A stretch of 64,000 nt of DNA from Gammaproteobacteria bacterium (GTDB taxonomy: Bacteria > Pseudomonadota > Gammaproteobacteria > JAJPIJ01), in contig JAXMGY010000001.1 in assembly GCA_046347035.1 (NCBI GenBank), forward strand, positions 18,485 through 82,484. The letters are read 5' to 3'. Position 1 is the first letter of the stretch, and each line of letters begins with the position of its first letter. The translations under genes and the position numbers were made by a program. The notes under the pieces were generated by a model, which saw only the letters and a list, made by a program, of their open reading frames with translations, was not told the origin of the DNA and made no database searches. Shown one piece after another: positions 39,583 through 51,643 of the stretch.

Positions 39583-41664
39583 TTACTCGCAATACAATTG
39601 CAGCAGAGTTTGCTGCGCCCCGCGCTGTTTGTGCGATCCATGCGTGACACGTTTGTAGCTACCATCACTTTGTAGAATCCACGCATTGACGTTATCAGCC
39701 AGATAGTTGGTGAGTGATTCCTCGATGGTGCGCGCCAGCAGGCGTTTGTCTTCGATGGGGAAGCACACTTCCACGCGCTTGTATAAATTCCGCTCCATCC
39801 AGTCGGCGCTGGACAGAAACACTTGCGGGTCGCCGTCGTTGTGAAAGCAGAAGACACGCGAGTGCTCGAGAAATCGTCCCACAATGGATCGCACCTGAAC
39901 GTTCTCCGAGATGCCCTTAACCCCAGGGCGCAATACGCACACGCCACGCACGATCAAGTCGATTCGCACGCCGGCCTGCGAAGCTTCGTACAAGGCACGA
40001 ATGATGGTCGGATCGGTGAGCTGGTTCATTTTCGCGATGATGCGCGCCGTCTTTCCCTGGCGTGCAAACTCCATCTCACGCGTGATCAAACTCAACACAC
40101 CTTTCTGCATAGTGAAAGGTGACTGCAGCAGCTTGCGCAATTTCCCCGGTTTGCCCAGCGCAGTCAGTTGTTGAAACACTTTGTGCACATCCTCGCAGAT
40201 AGCCGCATCGGATGTGAGCAAACTGAAATCGGTATATAGCCGCGCCGTGCGTACGTGATAGTTGCCGGTTCCCAAATGAACGTAGCGCTTTAGCTGTCGT
40301 TCCTCGCGGCGCACGATCAGCGCCATCTTGGCGTGCGTCTTGTACCCCACCACACCGTACACAACGTGTGCGCCGGCCTCCTGCAGTCGGTCGGCTAGTT
40401 CGATATTCGCTTCCTCATCGAAACGCGCCCGCAGCTCAATGACCACCGTCACTTCCTTGCCCTTCTTGGCGGCGTCAATCAACGCCTGCGCAATAATGGA
40501 ATCAGCACCGGTACGATACAAAGTTTGCTTGATCGCCAGTACCTTTGGATCGTTGGCGGCCTGGCGCAAAAAATCGACCACCGGCGTGAACGACTGAAAT
40601 GGATGCATCAACAGCAGATCGTCCTTGCGGATGACCTCGAATATGTCGCTATCGGCGGTTACTCGCTTTGGCACATCGGGAACAAACGGTGGAAACTTCA
40701 AATCGGGGCGATTTACCAAATCGGTAATGGTCATCAAGCGTGACAAATTCACCGGTCCATTGACTTGGTAAATGTCGTCTTCGGAAAGATTGAACTGCGC
40801 CATCAGGAAGTGAATCATTTCAGTGGGACAGTTATCGGCGATTTCGATTCGCACCGCGTCGCCGAAACGCCGAGATGGCAATTCGCCCTTCAATGCGCGC
40901 AACAAGTCCTCGACTTCTTCGTCATCCACAAACAGATCGCTGTCACGCGTGACGCGAAATTGATAACAACCGGTTGCGCTCATGCCGGGAAACAGATCGC
41001 CGACATGGGCGTGAATGATCGAAGACAGAAACACGAAATCGTGCGGTCCATCGGCGTAGCTCTCCGGCACGTTGATTAGCCGTGGCAGCGAGCGAGGCGC
41101 CTGCACGATGGCAATGCCGCTGTTGCGACCAAAAGCGTCCTTGCCTTCAAGAGAAACCATGAAGTTGAGGCTCTTGTTGAGGATTTTTGGAAAAGGATGC
41201 GCGGGATCCAGTCCGATGGGACTGAGAACCGGCAGTAGTTCACGATTGAAGTAACGCTTGACCCAGTCCGCCAGCTTGGTGTCCCAGTGCCCTCGGCGCT
41301 GGAAGCGTATGCTTTGCTCCGCCAATTTCGGAATCAGTACATCGTTTAACACGCGATATTGTTCATGCACCAACGCGTGCGTGACCTCGCTGATGCGCTT
41401 GAGCTGGTCCGTCGGACTCATTCGGTCCGGGCCGCGATTGTCTGACCGATACTCGACCTGTTGTTTCAGGCCGGAAACCCGGATCTCGAAGAACTCATCA
41501 AGATTGGTGCTGACGATGCAAAGGAATTTCAAACGTTCCAGCAGTGGCAGCGATTCATCTCGCGCCAGATCAAGCACCCGCCGGTTGAACTCTAACTGCG
41601 ACAACTCACGGTTGATGTACAGTTCCGGGCGTTGAAGATCGCTGAGGTCGCTGTGCATGGTCAC
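39583..41664 (-). CDS. ppk: Polyphosphate kinase 1
   Basis: Intact 693-aa ORF. N-terminus 'ELYINRELSQLEFNRRVL' and PLD-like HKD regions as in PPK1. Confidence 0.9.
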   Translation of the reverse strand: MTMHSDLSDLQRPELYINRELSQLEFNRRVLDLARDESLPLLERLKFLCIVSTNLDEFFEIRVSGLKQQVEYRSDNRGPDRMSPTDQLKRISEVTHALVHEQYRVLNDVLIPKLAEQSIRFQRRGHWDTKLADWVKRYFNRELLPVLSPIGLDPAHPFPKILNKSLNFMVSLEGKDAFGRNSGIAIVQAPRSLPRLINVPESYADGPHDFVFLSSIIHAHVGDLFPGMSATGCYQFRVTRDSDLFVDDEEVEDLLRALKGELPSRRFGDAVRIEIADNCPTEMIHFLMAQFNLSEDDIYQVNGPVNLSRLMTITDLVNRPDLKFPPFVPDVPKRVTADSDIFEVIRKDDLLLMHPFQSFTPVVDFLRQAANDPKVLAIKQTLYRTGADSIIAQALIDAAKKGKEVTVVIELRARFDEEANIELADRLQEAGAHVVYGVVGYKTHAKMALIVRREERQLKRYVHLGTGNYHVRTARLYTDFSLLTSDAAICEDVHKVFQQLTALGKPGKLRKLLQSPFTMQKGVLSLITREMEFARQGKTARIIAKMNQLTDPTIIRALYEASQAGVRIDLIVRGVCVLRPGVKGISENVQVRSIVGRFLEHSRVFCFHNDGDPQVFLSSADWMERNLYKRVEVCFPIEDKRLLARTIEESLTNYLADNVNAWILQSDGSYKRVTHGSHKQRGAQQTLLQLYCE

Positions 41665-41815
41665 AATTTTTATTGGACTGATGTTGGCGCTGTCCGGGCT
41701 GAAGGCGCATGAATTTCGTATTGAAATGCTATCATGACGGCCTTGTTACAATTATGACAAAGCCGCCCGCGACGGTGGTTCTCCCGCAACTTCCAAACGA
41801 AATCGGAGCCAATTG

Positions 41816-42640
41816 ATGGCAAAGACAGCCAAGCCCCGCCGTGCCCGCAGCATGGCACAGAAAGCCGATCGACAGGTCTACTATCAGCGTTCAGTGCAGT
41901 GCGCCGAGTCCGAAATTGATTTCGTGGACGACGTCTATCGCAAACTGCGGCGGCGGCGTGCGGTCACGCTGCGCGAGGATTTTTGTGGCACGGCGTTAGT
42001 GTGCTGTGAGTGGGTCAACCGTCGGCCGGGTAACATCGCCTTTGGTGTCGATCTCGATCCCGAGGTGCAGGACTGGGGCCGCAAACATAATGTGTCGGCA
42101 TTGAAACCTTCGGCGCAGGCGCGCCTGAGCCTTATCAACGACAATGTGCTGACCGTTCGCACCCGGCCGGTGGACATGATCCTGGCGATGAATTTCAGCT
42201 ACTGGATTTTCAAGACCCGTAAGCTGATGTTGGAATACTTCCGCAGGGTGCGCGCTGGTCTGGCGGCCGACGGAATTTTCTTCCTTGATGCCATGGGAGG
42301 CTATGATGCCTTTCGCGTCTTAAAAGAGCGCACCAAGCATCGCGGGTTCACCTATATATGGAATCAGGCCGAATATAACCCGATCACGGGCGACTATCTC
42401 TGCCATATCGAGTTCACCTTCCCAGACGGTTCGCGCCTGCCCAAGGCTTTTACCTATGACTGGCGTTTGTGGACGCTGCCGGAGCTGCGCGAAATCCTGC
42501 TCGAAGCGGGCTTCCGTAAGGTGACGGTTTATTGGGACGAATGGGACGAGAAAAAACAGAAATCCACCGGCGAATACGTCCCGATGGAAAAGGGTGAAGC
42601 GGACGCCGGTTGGATCGCCTATATCGCCGCGGAGAAGTAG
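41816..42640 (+). CDS. Putative class I SAM-dependent methyltransferase-like protein
   Basis: 'LREDFCGTALVCCEW' resembles MTase motif I. No closer assignment possible. Confidence 0.4.
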   Translation: MAKTAKPRRARSMAQKADRQVYYQRSVQCAESEIDFVDDVYRKLRRRRAVTLREDFCGTALVCCEWVNRRPGNIAFGVDLDPEVQDWGRKHNVSALKPSAQARLSLINDNVLTVRTRPVDMILAMNFSYWIFKTRKLMLEYFRRVRAGLAADGIFFLDAMGGYDAFRVLKERTKHRGFTYIWNQAEYNPITGDYLCHIEFTFPDGSRLPKAFTYDWRLWTLPELREILLEAGFRKVTVYWDEWDEKKQKSTGEYVPMEKGEADAGWIAYIAAEK

Positions 42641-42759
42641 TGCATTTACTCTGTAGACAAGAGTAATCCTCTGGTTTTTCAATAGGATCCAGGACTACTG
42701 CGGCGGATGGGACGTTCGGTGTACTGATGCCATCGCCGGTGCCGAAACCCATCACCGCT

Positions 42760-42777
42760 CTGTCACATTCTCGTAAC
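42760..42777 (+). promoter_or_regulatory. Candidate Pho box upstream of pstS
   Basis: CTGTCACattcTCGTAAC about 75 bp upstream of the pstS ATG. The first half-site is good; the second is weak. Confidence 0.35.
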
Positions 42778-42850
42778 AAACACTCCGTCTAATGTCGCGG
42801 CATGGGCATCGACTTGTCCGCGCCCAACCCTTTCTACTGACGGAGGATTT

Positions 42851-43840
42851 ATGAATTTGAACAAGAAGACACTGTTGGCGTCGGCCATTGGCGCGCTATG
42901 CCTGATCCAGGCCTCGGCGACGCTGGCCGAAGGGGCGGCGCAGCTCGATCCAGCTCTCAAGGACTATGAAAAGGCCAGTGGTGTTTCTGGCAGCCTTACC
43001 AGCATCGGTTCGGACACGCTGGCAAACCTAATTGCATTATGGTCCGAGGATTTCAAGAAGTTTTATCCGAACGTCACTACGTCTGCGCAGGCGCAGGGCT
43101 CCGGCACCGCACCACCGGCGTTGACCGAAGGCACGTCCAACCTCGGTCCGATGAGCCGCAAGATGAAGGATGAAGAAGAGCAGGCCTTCGAAGGCAAGTA
43201 CGGCTACAAACCGACGGCGGTGCCGGTCGCCATCGACGCCTTGGCGGTGTACGTCAATAAGGACAATCCCATTCAAGGCATGAGCCTGGCGCAGGTTGAC
43301 GCGGTGTTTTCCGCCACGCGCAAATGCGGCTATGAAAAGGACGTCCTCACTTGGGGTGATCTCGGCTTGACCGGTGATTGGGCGTCAAAGCCCATGCAGC
43401 TATTCGGCCGCAACTCCGCCTCTGGCACGTATTCGTTCTTCAAGGAACATGCGCTGTGCAAGGGCGACTACAAGGACACGGTCAATGAGCAACCGGGATC
43501 GGCGTCCGTGGTGCAGGGCGTTACCAAATCGATCAATGGTATCGGTTACTCGGGTATAGGTTACAAGACCTCCGGCGTGCGCGCGGTACCGCTGGCTAAG
43601 GAAGGTACGGATTTCATCGAAGCGTCGCCTGAGAACGCTTTGTCCGGCAAGTATCCGCTGGCGCGCTTTCTCTATATTTATGTCAACAAGGCGCCGGACA
43701 AGCCGCTTGAGCCAACCGTGCTTGAGTTCCTGAAGATGGTGCTGTCGAAGACCGGGCAGGAAGATACGGTCAAGGATGGTTACATTCCATTGCCCGCGTC
43801 GGTGGTGGACAGTGCCATGGCGAGCATTGGTGCGAAGTAA
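42851..43840 (+). CDS. pstS: Phosphate ABC transporter substrate-binding protein
   Basis: Signal peptide '[26 protein letters not shown]'. PstS fold ('[23 protein letters not shown]'). Confidence 0.9.
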   Translation: MNLNKKTLLASAIGALCLIQASATLAEGAAQLDPALKDYEKASGVSGSLTSIGSDTLANLIALWSEDFKKFYPNVTTSAQAQGSGTAPPALTEGTSNLGPMSRKMKDEEEQAFEGKYGYKPTAVPVAIDALAVYVNKDNPIQGMSLAQVDAVFSATRKCGYEKDVLTWGDLGLTGDWASKPMQLFGRNSASGTYSFFKEHALCKGDYKDTVNEQPGSASVVQGVTKSINGIGYSGIGYKTSGVRAVPLAKEGTDFIEASPENALSGKYPLARFLYIYVNKAPDKPLEPTVLEFLKMVLSKTGQEDTVKDGYIPLPASVVDSAMASIGAK

Positions 43841-43901
43841 AGCGCAAATACTTGTCGCAATCGAAACTGTAGTTTGAACAGCGGGCATTGCCATCGCGGC
43901 A

Positions 43902-46217
43902 ATGCCCGCTTACTGGTTAAGGAATGCAATGGCCACCGCCGTCGATGACATCGAAATTGCGGAGTACCTAAAACCCGCTGCGGTGGGTAGGCGAAGGATG
44001 TGGCGCGAGATCAAGGACCGCGCCTTCAAGTACACGATGTGGGTGGGTGGCGTGGCGGTAATTGCCGCCATCGCTTTGATCTTTTTCTATCTTCTCTACG
44101 TCGTCTTTCCACTTTTCCGATCCGCGGAAATTACGCCGCTGCGGCAATACCCGGTACCTGGCGGCGTTGAGAGCCGAACGGCGTATCTCAACACCGAGGA
44201 TTATGGAGAAGTAGGCTTCCGCCTGACCGCGGCGGGCCAGGCAATCTTATTCGATGTGGTCGGTGGCAATATTCTTAGCACGGTTGCCGCTTCCGGCATT
44301 GGCAATGCCAAGGTAACAAGCGTTGCGCACGGTCGGGTCAACGATTCTTCTGTGGCGCTGGGTCTTGATAACGGCCAAGCGATTATTGCCAAACCCGTCT
44401 ATGCGATCAGCTATCCTGATGGCAAGCGCAAGCTCGACGCTAAAGTGGGCTATCCGCTTGGTGAAGCTGCAATAGGCGTCGATCCCAAGGGACAGCCGTT
44501 GGAACTTCTGGCTTTGCAGGCTGGCGAAGAGAAGTCGACGTTGGTGGCGTTAACGTCAGATCATCGCCTGCAGATGGCACGTGTCAGCAAGGAAGCACCG
44601 ACGCTGGACCTTGGCGATGCGAAAGAAACCTTCAATACAGAAAGATTTACGCTGCCCATGGAAGGTGCGCATGTGACCGGGTTGTTGCTTGACTATTCGC
44701 AATCGCATCTGATTCTAGCCAAGGATGACGGCAGCATCGATTACTACAGCTTAGCCAAGCCAGAAGATCCAATCTTGGTGGATCACAAATCTGTGGTTCC
44801 CAGCGGTGCGCGGATTACCGATATGCAGTGGCTGTCTGGCGGCATATCTCTGCTCATTGGCGATTCGCGCGGAATGGTCACGCAGTGGTTTCCAGTTCGT
44901 GATGCAAACAATAAGATTTCGCTGGCGCATGTGCGCGAATTTCACGTTGGTGATGCGGCGGTAACGTCGATCGTGCCGGAGTTCTCGCGCAAGGGCATCG
45001 CCGTGCTTGATGCCGCCGGCCGCTGCGTGCTGCTGCATACCACCGCGGAGCGCATATTGCTAACTGAAAAAGTCGCCGGTGAGCCGCTGGTCGCCGGTGT
45101 GATTAGTCCGCGTGCCGATCGGATGATTGTCGAAGATGGCAACGGATCCATGCACGTGTATTCGGTTCGCAACAAACATCCGGAAATTTCCTGGCACGCG
45201 CTGTGGGGCAAGGTTTGGTACGAGAGCCGGCCGGGGCCGGAATACGTGTGGCAGTCCTCGGCTGCGAACAGTGATTTCGAACCCAAGTTCAGCCTGATGC
45301 CGCTGAGTTTTGGAACCTTGAAAGCAGCTTTCTACGCCATGTTGTTTGCGGTGCCGTTTGCGATCATGGCGGCGATTTACACTGCTTACTTCATGAATCC
45401 GCGCATGCGTGAATGGGTGAAGCCCATCATCGAATTAATGGGCGCCCTGCCGACGGTGATCCTTGGCTTTCTTGCTGGCCTTTGGTTGGCGCCATTGGTC
45501 GAAGCCAATCTACTGGGCGTGCTGTTGTTTTTCGTGTTGGTACCTACAGCCATTCTCACTTGTGCCTGGTTATGGTCACGCTTGCCGGAAAGCATCCGTC
45601 ACCGTGTGCCTGATGGAAATGAGTCGGTCTTGCTTGTTCCTGTGGTTGTCGCGGCGTGCATCCTGGCGATGTGGTTGGGGCCCTACGTTGAAAATGCATT
45701 CTTCGATGGCAATACCACGCACTGGATCACCCAGCACTTAGGGTTGCGCTATGACCAGCGCAATTCGTTGGTGGTTGGCATTGCCATGGGTGTGGCGGTG
45801 GTGCCGATTATTTTCTCCATCAGCGAGGATGCCATCATCGGCGTGCCGCGACATCTGACCATTGGGTCGCTGGCGTTGGGCGCAACGCCGTGGCAGACAT
45901 TAATCCGGATCGTATTGCTGACTGCAAGTCCAGGCATTTTTTCGGCGATCATGATTGGCCTCGGCCGCGCAGTCGGTGAGACGATGATTGTGCTGATGGC
46001 CACCGGCAATACACCAGTGATGGATTTCAACATCTTTGAGGGATTCCGCGCTTTATCGGCGAACACGGCGGTGGAAATGCCTGAGTCAGAGGTCAACAGC
46101 ACACACTATCGCTTGCTATTCCTCGCCAGCTTGCTGCTATTTCTGTTTACTTTCATTTTCAATACCGTGGCGGAAGTCGTGCGGCACCGGCTGCGCGCCA
46201 AGTATAGTCACCTATGA
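43902..46217 (+). CDS. pstC: Phosphate ABC transporter permease PstC (long Pseudomonas-type form)
   Basis: 771 aa. Large periplasmic N-terminal domain, then permease with EAA-like loop. Confidence 0.85.
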   Translation: MPAYWLRNAMATAVDDIEIAEYLKPAAVGRRRMWREIKDRAFKYTMWVGGVAVIAAIALIFFYLLYVVFPLFRSAEITPLRQYPVPGGVESRTAYLNTEDYGEVGFRLTAAGQAILFDVVGGNILSTVAASGIGNAKVTSVAHGRVNDSSVALGLDNGQAIIAKPVYAISYPDGKRKLDAKVGYPLGEAAIGVDPKGQPLELLALQAGEEKSTLVALTSDHRLQMARVSKEAPTLDLGDAKETFNTERFTLPMEGAHVTGLLLDYSQSHLILAKDDGSIDYYSLAKPEDPILVDHKSVVPSGARITDMQWLSGGISLLIGDSRGMVTQWFPVRDANNKISLAHVREFHVGDAAVTSIVPEFSRKGIAVLDAAGRCVLLHTTAERILLTEKVAGEPLVAGVISPRADRMIVEDGNGSMHVYSVRNKHPEISWHALWGKVWYESRPGPEYVWQSSAANSDFEPKFSLMPLSFGTLKAAFYAMLFAVPFAIMAAIYTAYFMNPRMREWVKPIIELMGALPTVILGFLAGLWLAPLVEANLLGVLLFFVLVPTAILTCAWLWSRLPESIRHRVPDGNESVLLVPVVVAACILAMWLGPYVENAFFDGNTTHWITQHLGLRYDQRNSLVVGIAMGVAVVPIIFSISEDAIIGVPRHLTIGSLALGATPWQTLIRIVLLTASPGIFSAIMIGLGRAVGETMIVLMATGNTPVMDFNIFEGFRALSANTAVEMPESEVNSTHYRLLFLASLLLFLFTFIFNTVAEVVRHRLRAKYSHL

Positions 46218-47878
46218 CGGGCAAATTTAAGACCTGGCTGGACAGTGGCGCGCCATGGATTTGGTTGAATGCCGGCATGGTGAGCGTCGCACTGATCATG
46301 ATCGTCAGCTTGCTACTGTTTCTGGCGGTGCGCGGCATGGGACACTTTTGGCCTTCTCAGATTGTTGCCTTTGAATCTCAGAACAACGATGGCTCGGTTG
46401 AGAAAGTGCTGGGCGAGATTGTTGACCATGAGACGCTGAGCGCGACACGGCTCAAGGAGTTGGGCATGAAACCGCCGCCGGGCGAAAGCCGCGTTGATCG
46501 CGTACTGCTGAAGACTGGCAATCGCGACATCAGCGGCATCGATTTTCGTTGGTTCGCGCGTAATGACATTAGCAATCAGACCGTACCGCACGAAGCCATG
46601 GAGCTGGAGCGCACCGAGTGGGGCAACTTTATCGGTTTCCCCGTTACGCTCAAGGAAAACGGCAAGGAAGTGTCAGCAGGGGGCGATCTGCTTCCGGCGT
46701 TGCAGGAACGACTGGCGCGACGTAACAAGCTGGAAGATCAAATCGACGACATCCAGCGCAATCGCATTGGTCACGTCAACTATCAGCTGGAAAGCATTCG
46801 CCTGCAAGAACGCGCTGACACCAATGCCGGTAATTTGGATGCGCAAGCCAAGCAAAACTACGCCGATGCACGTCAGTTGCTGCAGGTTGAGTACGAATCA
46901 CTGACCAAAGAGCTTTCTGACCTCAATCAGCAAATCATGCGCGACACGCTCGTCATGCGCACGGTGGATGACAAGAGTTTGGAAATTCCGCTGGCGAAGA
47001 TCGTTCGCGCGTATCAACCCAATGCCATGAGCGTTGCGCAGAAAATAGGCCACTACTTGAGCAAGATCGTGGAATTCGTCACCGCCGATCCACGTGAAGC
47101 CAACACCGAAGGGGGGATCTTCCCGGCGATTTTTGGCACCGTGCTGATGGTCATCATCATGGCGATGTTGGTGACACCGTTCGGTGTCATTGCCGCAGTC
47201 TACCTCAGCGAATACGCCAAGCAGGGGCCATTCACACGCATGGTCCGCATCGCGGTCAACAATCTTGCCGGCGTGCCGTCGGTGGTTTACGGCGTATTCG
47301 GCCTTGGCTTCTTTGTTTACTTTGTCGGCGGCAGCATTGATCGGGCGTTCTTTTCGACGGCCCTGCCGACGCCGACATTTGGAACGCCAGGATTGTTGTG
47401 GTCGGCACTCACGTTGGCATTGCTTACCGTGCCCGTTGTTATCGTCGCTACCGAAGAAGGGCTTTCGCGCATTCCCAAGTCAATCCGCGAAGGCAGCCTG
47501 GCACTGGGTGCCACCAAAGCCGAAACGTTGTGGCGCACGGTGCTGCCCATGGCCACACCCGGCATGATGACCGGCGTCATCTTGGCGATTGCGCGCGCTG
47601 CGGGCGAAGTTGCGCCGCTGATGTTGGTGGGCGTGGTCAAGCTGGCGCCATCGCTGCCCATCGACGCCAACTCTCCTTACTTGCACCTTGACCGCAAGTT
47701 TATGCACTTAGGTTTTCATATTTATGACGTCGGCTTTCAGAGTCCGAATGTCGAAGCGGCGCGACCGCTGGTTTACGCCACCGCATTTTTGCTGGTTTTG
47801 GTGATTGTGGCCTTGAATCTGACGGCAATTCGAATTCGCAACCGACTCCGGGAGAAGTACAATGCAGCTGAAAGCTGA
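46214..47878 (+). CDS. pstA: Phosphate ABC transporter permease PstA (long form)
   Basis: 554 aa. Overlaps the pstC stop by 4 nt. EAA motif '[22 protein letters not shown]'. Confidence 0.85.
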   Translation: MTGKFKTWLDSGAPWIWLNAGMVSVALIMIVSLLLFLAVRGMGHFWPSQIVAFESQNNDGSVEKVLGEIVDHETLSATRLKELGMKPPPGESRVDRVLLKTGNRDISGIDFRWFARNDISNQTVPHEAMELERTEWGNFIGFPVTLKENGKEVSAGGDLLPALQERLARRNKLEDQIDDIQRNRIGHVNYQLESIRLQERADTNAGNLDAQAKQNYADARQLLQVEYESLTKELSDLNQQIMRDTLVMRTVDDKSLEIPLAKIVRAYQPNAMSVAQKIGHYLSKIVEFVTADPREANTEGGIFPAIFGTVLMVIIMAMLVTPFGVIAAVYLSEYAKQGPFTRMVRIAVNNLAGVPSVVYGVFGLGFFVYFVGGSIDRAFFSTALPTPTFGTPGLLWSALTLALLTVPVVIVATEEGLSRIPKSIREGSLALGATKAETLWRTVLPMATPGMMTGVILAIARAAGEVAPLMLVGVVKLAPSLPIDANSPYLHLDRKFMHLGFHIYDVGFQSPNVEAARPLVYATAFLLVLVIVALNLTAIRIRNRLREKYNAAES

Positions 47879-48746
47879 GGGTTACGGCGTGAACGATAGC
47901 AGCGAATCATCTGGCCGAAGCGGCAACGTGCCTACGCACGCGGTGGAACTTGGCGCCCCGGAAGCGGGTGCGCGCGATGTGGCTGGCGAAAGCCGAACCT
48001 GTCTCAACGTCGAAGATCTCAATCTGTACTACGGATCGAAACAGGCGCTCAAGGGGATCAATATGGGGATCACCGAGAAACAGGTGACTGCCTACATCGG
48101 TCCCAGCGGCTGTGGCAAGTCAACGCTGTTGCGTTGCTTCAACCGTATGAACGATCTATATGACAACGTGCGGGTAACTGGATCAATTTCCCTTCACGGC
48201 CAGAACATTTACGACAAGTCGGTTAACGTTGCAGATCTGCGTCGGCGTGTCGGCATGGTGTTCCAGAAGCCCAATCCGTTCCCGAAATCGATTTATGAGA
48301 ACGTTGCTTACGGGCTGCGGTTGCAGGGCATCAACAAACGCCGCGTGCTTGATCGCGTGGTCGAACGTTCACTGCGTGGTGCGGCGCTTTGGGATGAAGT
48401 GAAAGATCGGCTGCACGATAATGCGCTTGGCTTGTCTGGTGGACAGCAACAACGATTGGTCATTGCGCGCGCCATCGCCATCGAGCCTGAGGTGCTACTG
48501 CTTGATGAACCCTGCTCGGCGCTGGATCCGATTTCGACGCTCAAGATTGAAGAGCTCATCTACGAGTTGAAGTCGAACTACACCATCATTATTGTGACGC
48601 ACAACATGCAGCAGGCAGCGCGCGTCTCGGATTACACCGCCTTCATGTACCTCGGTAGTCTTGTTGAATTCGGCCCGACCAAGCGGATATTCACCAATCC
48701 GAAGGAGAAGCAAACCGAGGACTACATCACCGGCCGCTACGGTTGA
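47862..48746 (+). CDS. pstB: Phosphate ABC transporter ATP-binding protein
   Basis: 'GPSGCGKST', '[14 protein letters not shown]', '[12 protein letters not shown]'. Confidence 0.9.
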   Translation: MQLKAEGYGVNDSSESSGRSGNVPTHAVELGAPEAGARDVAGESRTCLNVEDLNLYYGSKQALKGINMGITEKQVTAYIGPSGCGKSTLLRCFNRMNDLYDNVRVTGSISLHGQNIYDKSVNVADLRRRVGMVFQKPNPFPKSIYENVAYGLRLQGINKRRVLDRVVERSLRGAALWDEVKDRLHDNALGLSGGQQQRLVIARAIAIEPEVLLLDEPCSALDPISTLKIEELIYELKSNYTIIIVTHNMQQAARVSDYTAFMYLGSLVEFGPTKRIFTNPKEKQTEDYITGRYG

Positions 48747-48778
48747 TCGCTCGACCAGGCTTCAACGGAGAAACGCTC

Positions 48779-49486
48779 ATGCAAATGCCTGCTCACATAT
48801 CCCAGGAGTTCGAGCTCGAACTGGAGAACATTCGCGCCAAGGTGTTGACCATGGGTGGCTTGGTGGAACAGCATCTGGCGAAAGCGACGGATGCCTTGCA
48901 GCAGCGGCGCGCGGAGTTTGCCGACGAGGTCAGTACTAACGATTTCAAGGTCAACACCATGGAGGTGTCGATCGATGAGGAGTGCACGCAGATCCTGGCG
49001 CGCCGTCAACCGGCCGCGAGCGACCTACGCCTGGTGCTGGCAGTCATCAAAATCATTCGCGATCTTGAACGTGTCGGCGATGAGGCTGCCAAGATCAGTC
49101 GCATGGTACTGAGGTTGATCGAAAACGAAAGCCCGAAGAGCTACTACATCAACGTGCTGGCCATGGCCAATCACGTGCGGCACATTCTGCGCGATGCATT
49201 GGACGCCTTCGCGCGCTCGGATGCGGCAGCGGCGCTGCGCATCGCACGCGAGGATCCTTCCGTCGATCGAGAGTATGACGCCATTATGCGCCAATTGGTG
49301 ACCTACATGATGGAAGACCCGCGTAGCATCGGCACGGTGCTGAATGTGGTGTGGGTGGTGCGCGCGCTGGAGCGTATCGGAGATCATGTCAATAATATCT
49401 GCGAGAGCATCATTTATCAGGTCAAGGGCATGGATATCCGCCATGTCGATCTGGATGAAGTAGCGTCCAATATCCACGACGAATAG
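48779..49486 (+). CDS. phoU: Phosphate signalling complex protein PhoU
   Basis: Two PhoU repeats ('LERVGDEAAKI', 'LERIGDHVNNI'). GGAGAAA RBS before the 48779 ATG. Confidence 0.85.
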   Translation: MQMPAHISQEFELELENIRAKVLTMGGLVEQHLAKATDALQQRRAEFADEVSTNDFKVNTMEVSIDEECTQILARRQPAASDLRLVLAVIKIIRDLERVGDEAAKISRMVLRLIENESPKSYYINVLAMANHVRHILRDALDAFARSDAAAALRIAREDPSVDREYDAIMRQLVTYMMEDPRSIGTVLNVVWVVRALERIGDHVNNICESIIYQVKGMDIRHVDLDEVASNIHDE

Positions 49487-49551
49487 CTCGTCCCCTCAGC
49501 GTTGACGCTGTCATTGCGTCAAAGGCCAACGCTGCGACACAATGTCGGCCT

Positions 49552-50157
49552 ATGCTGACTGAACACATCGCTGCCGTAGCCATTAAGGTTCTCGATAGCA
49601 CGCATTATCTCGGTGCTGCCGTTCTCATGGCGCTGGAAAGCATGATCGTGCCGCTGCCCAGCGAGGCGGTCATGCCCTTTGTGGGGTTTCAGGTCGCGGA
49701 TGGCAAGTGGGCCCTGGTTCCTGCCTTGGTTGCAACCACCTTGGGGTCGATCACAGGGTCACTGCTTTCTTACGCCATGGGTTACTTTGGCGGCCGGCCG
49801 TTTGTATTCAAAGCCGGAAAGTATTTGCTGCTCAATGTCCGAGACTTGGAGCGCGCCGAAACCTTCTTTCACAAACGGCAAGGCGCCTGGACAGTATTCA
49901 TCGCGCGCTTCGTTCCAGTGGTTCGCCATTTTATTTCCATCCCCGCCGGTGTCGGCCGCATGCCGCTGTTGCCTTTTTGCGCGATGACCGCGATGGGCGC
50001 AGCCATGTGGAATGGATTCTTGCTGTGGTTGGGAATGCAGCTGCGCGAGCGCTGGAACATTGTCCAGTCATACTCGCATCAAATCGACATCGTCGTCGTC
50101 GCGCTGCTGTTGCTAGCCAGCGTGTGGTATGTGCGCAGCCGTCGAGTGGCGAATTGA
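49552..50157 (+). CDS. DedA/SNARE-associated family membrane protein
   Basis: 'ARFVPVVRHFISIPAGVGRMP' is the DedA signature. Confidence 0.7.
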   Translation: MLTEHIAAVAIKVLDSTHYLGAAVLMALESMIVPLPSEAVMPFVGFQVADGKWALVPALVATTLGSITGSLLSYAMGYFGGRPFVFKAGKYLLLNVRDLERAETFFHKRQGAWTVFIARFVPVVRHFISIPAGVGRMPLLPFCAMTAMGAAMWNGFLLWLGMQLRERWNIVQSYSHQIDIVVVALLLLASVWYVRSRRVAN

Positions 50158-50248
50158 AGATGTAGGGGACAGACCACGGTTTTTCAACATGCTCGCTGCC
50201 TGCACTGTTGTTTGCAGCTAGAAAAAACCGTGGTCGGTCCCCCACGCC

Positions 50249-51553
50249 CTAAGCAGTGTCGGCGTTGGGAACTCTAATGACGCGCTCGGGTGCAAAATCG
50301 CAGCGGAACAAGCTGCCTTTGCCGGGCGTGCTTTCGATGTGTAGCTTTGCATCGTGCCGGTTGAGGACGTGCTTGACGATGGACAAGCCCAAGCCGGTTC
50401 CGCCGCTGTTGCGCGAACGGCCGGCATCGACGCGATAGAATCGCTCAGTCACGCGCGCGAGATGTTGTTCGGGGATGCCGATGCCGTTGTCTTCGACGGC
50501 AAAGTGAGCGCCATCCTCGTCACCATACCAGCGGATGCGGATGAGCCCGCGCGCGGGCGTGTATTGCACGGCATTTACCACCAGATTCGAAAAGGCGCTG
50601 TACAGCTCGCTCTCGACGCCAAGCAAATGCAAGTTCGGGTCGGCTTCGATCGCAAACATATGTCGCCGCTCGCCGCTCAGGGTCTGTGCTTCACCATGAA
50701 TGCGGCGGAGCATTTCCGGAACATAAACCTGTTCGTTGGGCGCGGTGGATTGGCCGCTTTCCAGGCGCGATATCAGTAGCAAGTCCTGAATCACTGATGT
50801 CATACGGTCGGTCTGCGCCTGCATTTCCGCCAGCACCGGCTTCCACGGTTCCGGGCAAATTTTCTCCTGAGCGCGCAATGTTTGTAGATATCCGCTGACG
50901 ACGGTCAGCGGTGTGCGCAACTCATGCGAGACATTGGCGACGAAGTCGCTACGGATCTGACTCAGCTGATGCAGCCGCGTGACATCGCGCGCGACAAACA
51001 GCCGCAGGTCCTCGGCATAAGGCACGATGCGCAAACTCAGCTGCATGTTTGGATCCACGGGCGAGGCGATGTCGAGTGTGACCTCCTGGGGCGCCGGCGA
51101 TTCAAGCAGCGCCGCCACGTCCGGGTGTCGTACGAGATTGGTCAAGCGTTGACGACCGTCCTGCGGCCACTGCACACCCAGTTGATCATTGGCGGCGGCG
51201 TTCGCCCAGCGGATATCGCCTTCAGGACCGAGGATGACGGTGGCATCGGGTAACGCGGAGGTGGCGTCCTCGAATTGCTTGAGCATCTCCGTCAGCCGGC
51301 GCTTGCGGCGACGATGTTTTTTGCGCAGGAACTCGATTTCGCTGCAAATGGCTTCCATCGTGCCCGGCACATCGGGTGCGGGCCTGTTATGTCGATCGCG
51401 CAGCCACATCAACAGTTGATGCATGCGCCAATGCGACCACAGCGCCAATCCCGCAGTGGCGATCAGCAGACATGGCAGCACTTGGTGAAAGGTAAGGCCG
51501 ACAATCAGCCCCAGAATCAACACCCAGAACGCGCGCCAGAGGTCCGTTTGCAT
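50249..51553 (-). CDS. phoR: Phosphate regulon sensor histidine kinase PhoR
   Basis: N-terminal TM pair. H-box 'SHELRTPLT'. HATPase 'GTGLGLSIVKH'. Lies directly downstream of phoB. Confidence 0.85.
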   Translation of the reverse strand: MQTDLWRAFWVLILGLIVGLTFHQVLPCLLIATAGLALWSHWRMHQLLMWLRDRHNRPAPDVPGTMEAICSEIEFLRKKHRRRKRRLTEMLKQFEDATSALPDATVILGPEGDIRWANAAANDQLGVQWPQDGRQRLTNLVRHPDVAALLESPAPQEVTLDIASPVDPNMQLSLRIVPYAEDLRLFVARDVTRLHQLSQIRSDFVANVSHELRTPLTVVSGYLQTLRAQEKICPEPWKPVLAEMQAQTDRMTSVIQDLLLISRLESGQSTAPNEQVYVPEMLRRIHGEAQTLSGERRHMFAIEADPNLHLLGVESELYSAFSNLVVNAVQYTPARGLIRIRWYGDEDGAHFAVEDNGIGIPEQHLARVTERFYRVDAGRSRNSGGTGLGLSIVKHVLNRHDAKLHIESTPGKGSLFRCDFAPERVIRVPNADTA

Positions 51554-51643
51554 CTAGGCAAGTCTAGACGACGTTATGTTCTGCCGCGAGAGCATCAGAA
51601 GAGCGAACAGAGAAGGCCGAATGCATCGGCGGAGGGTTAATGC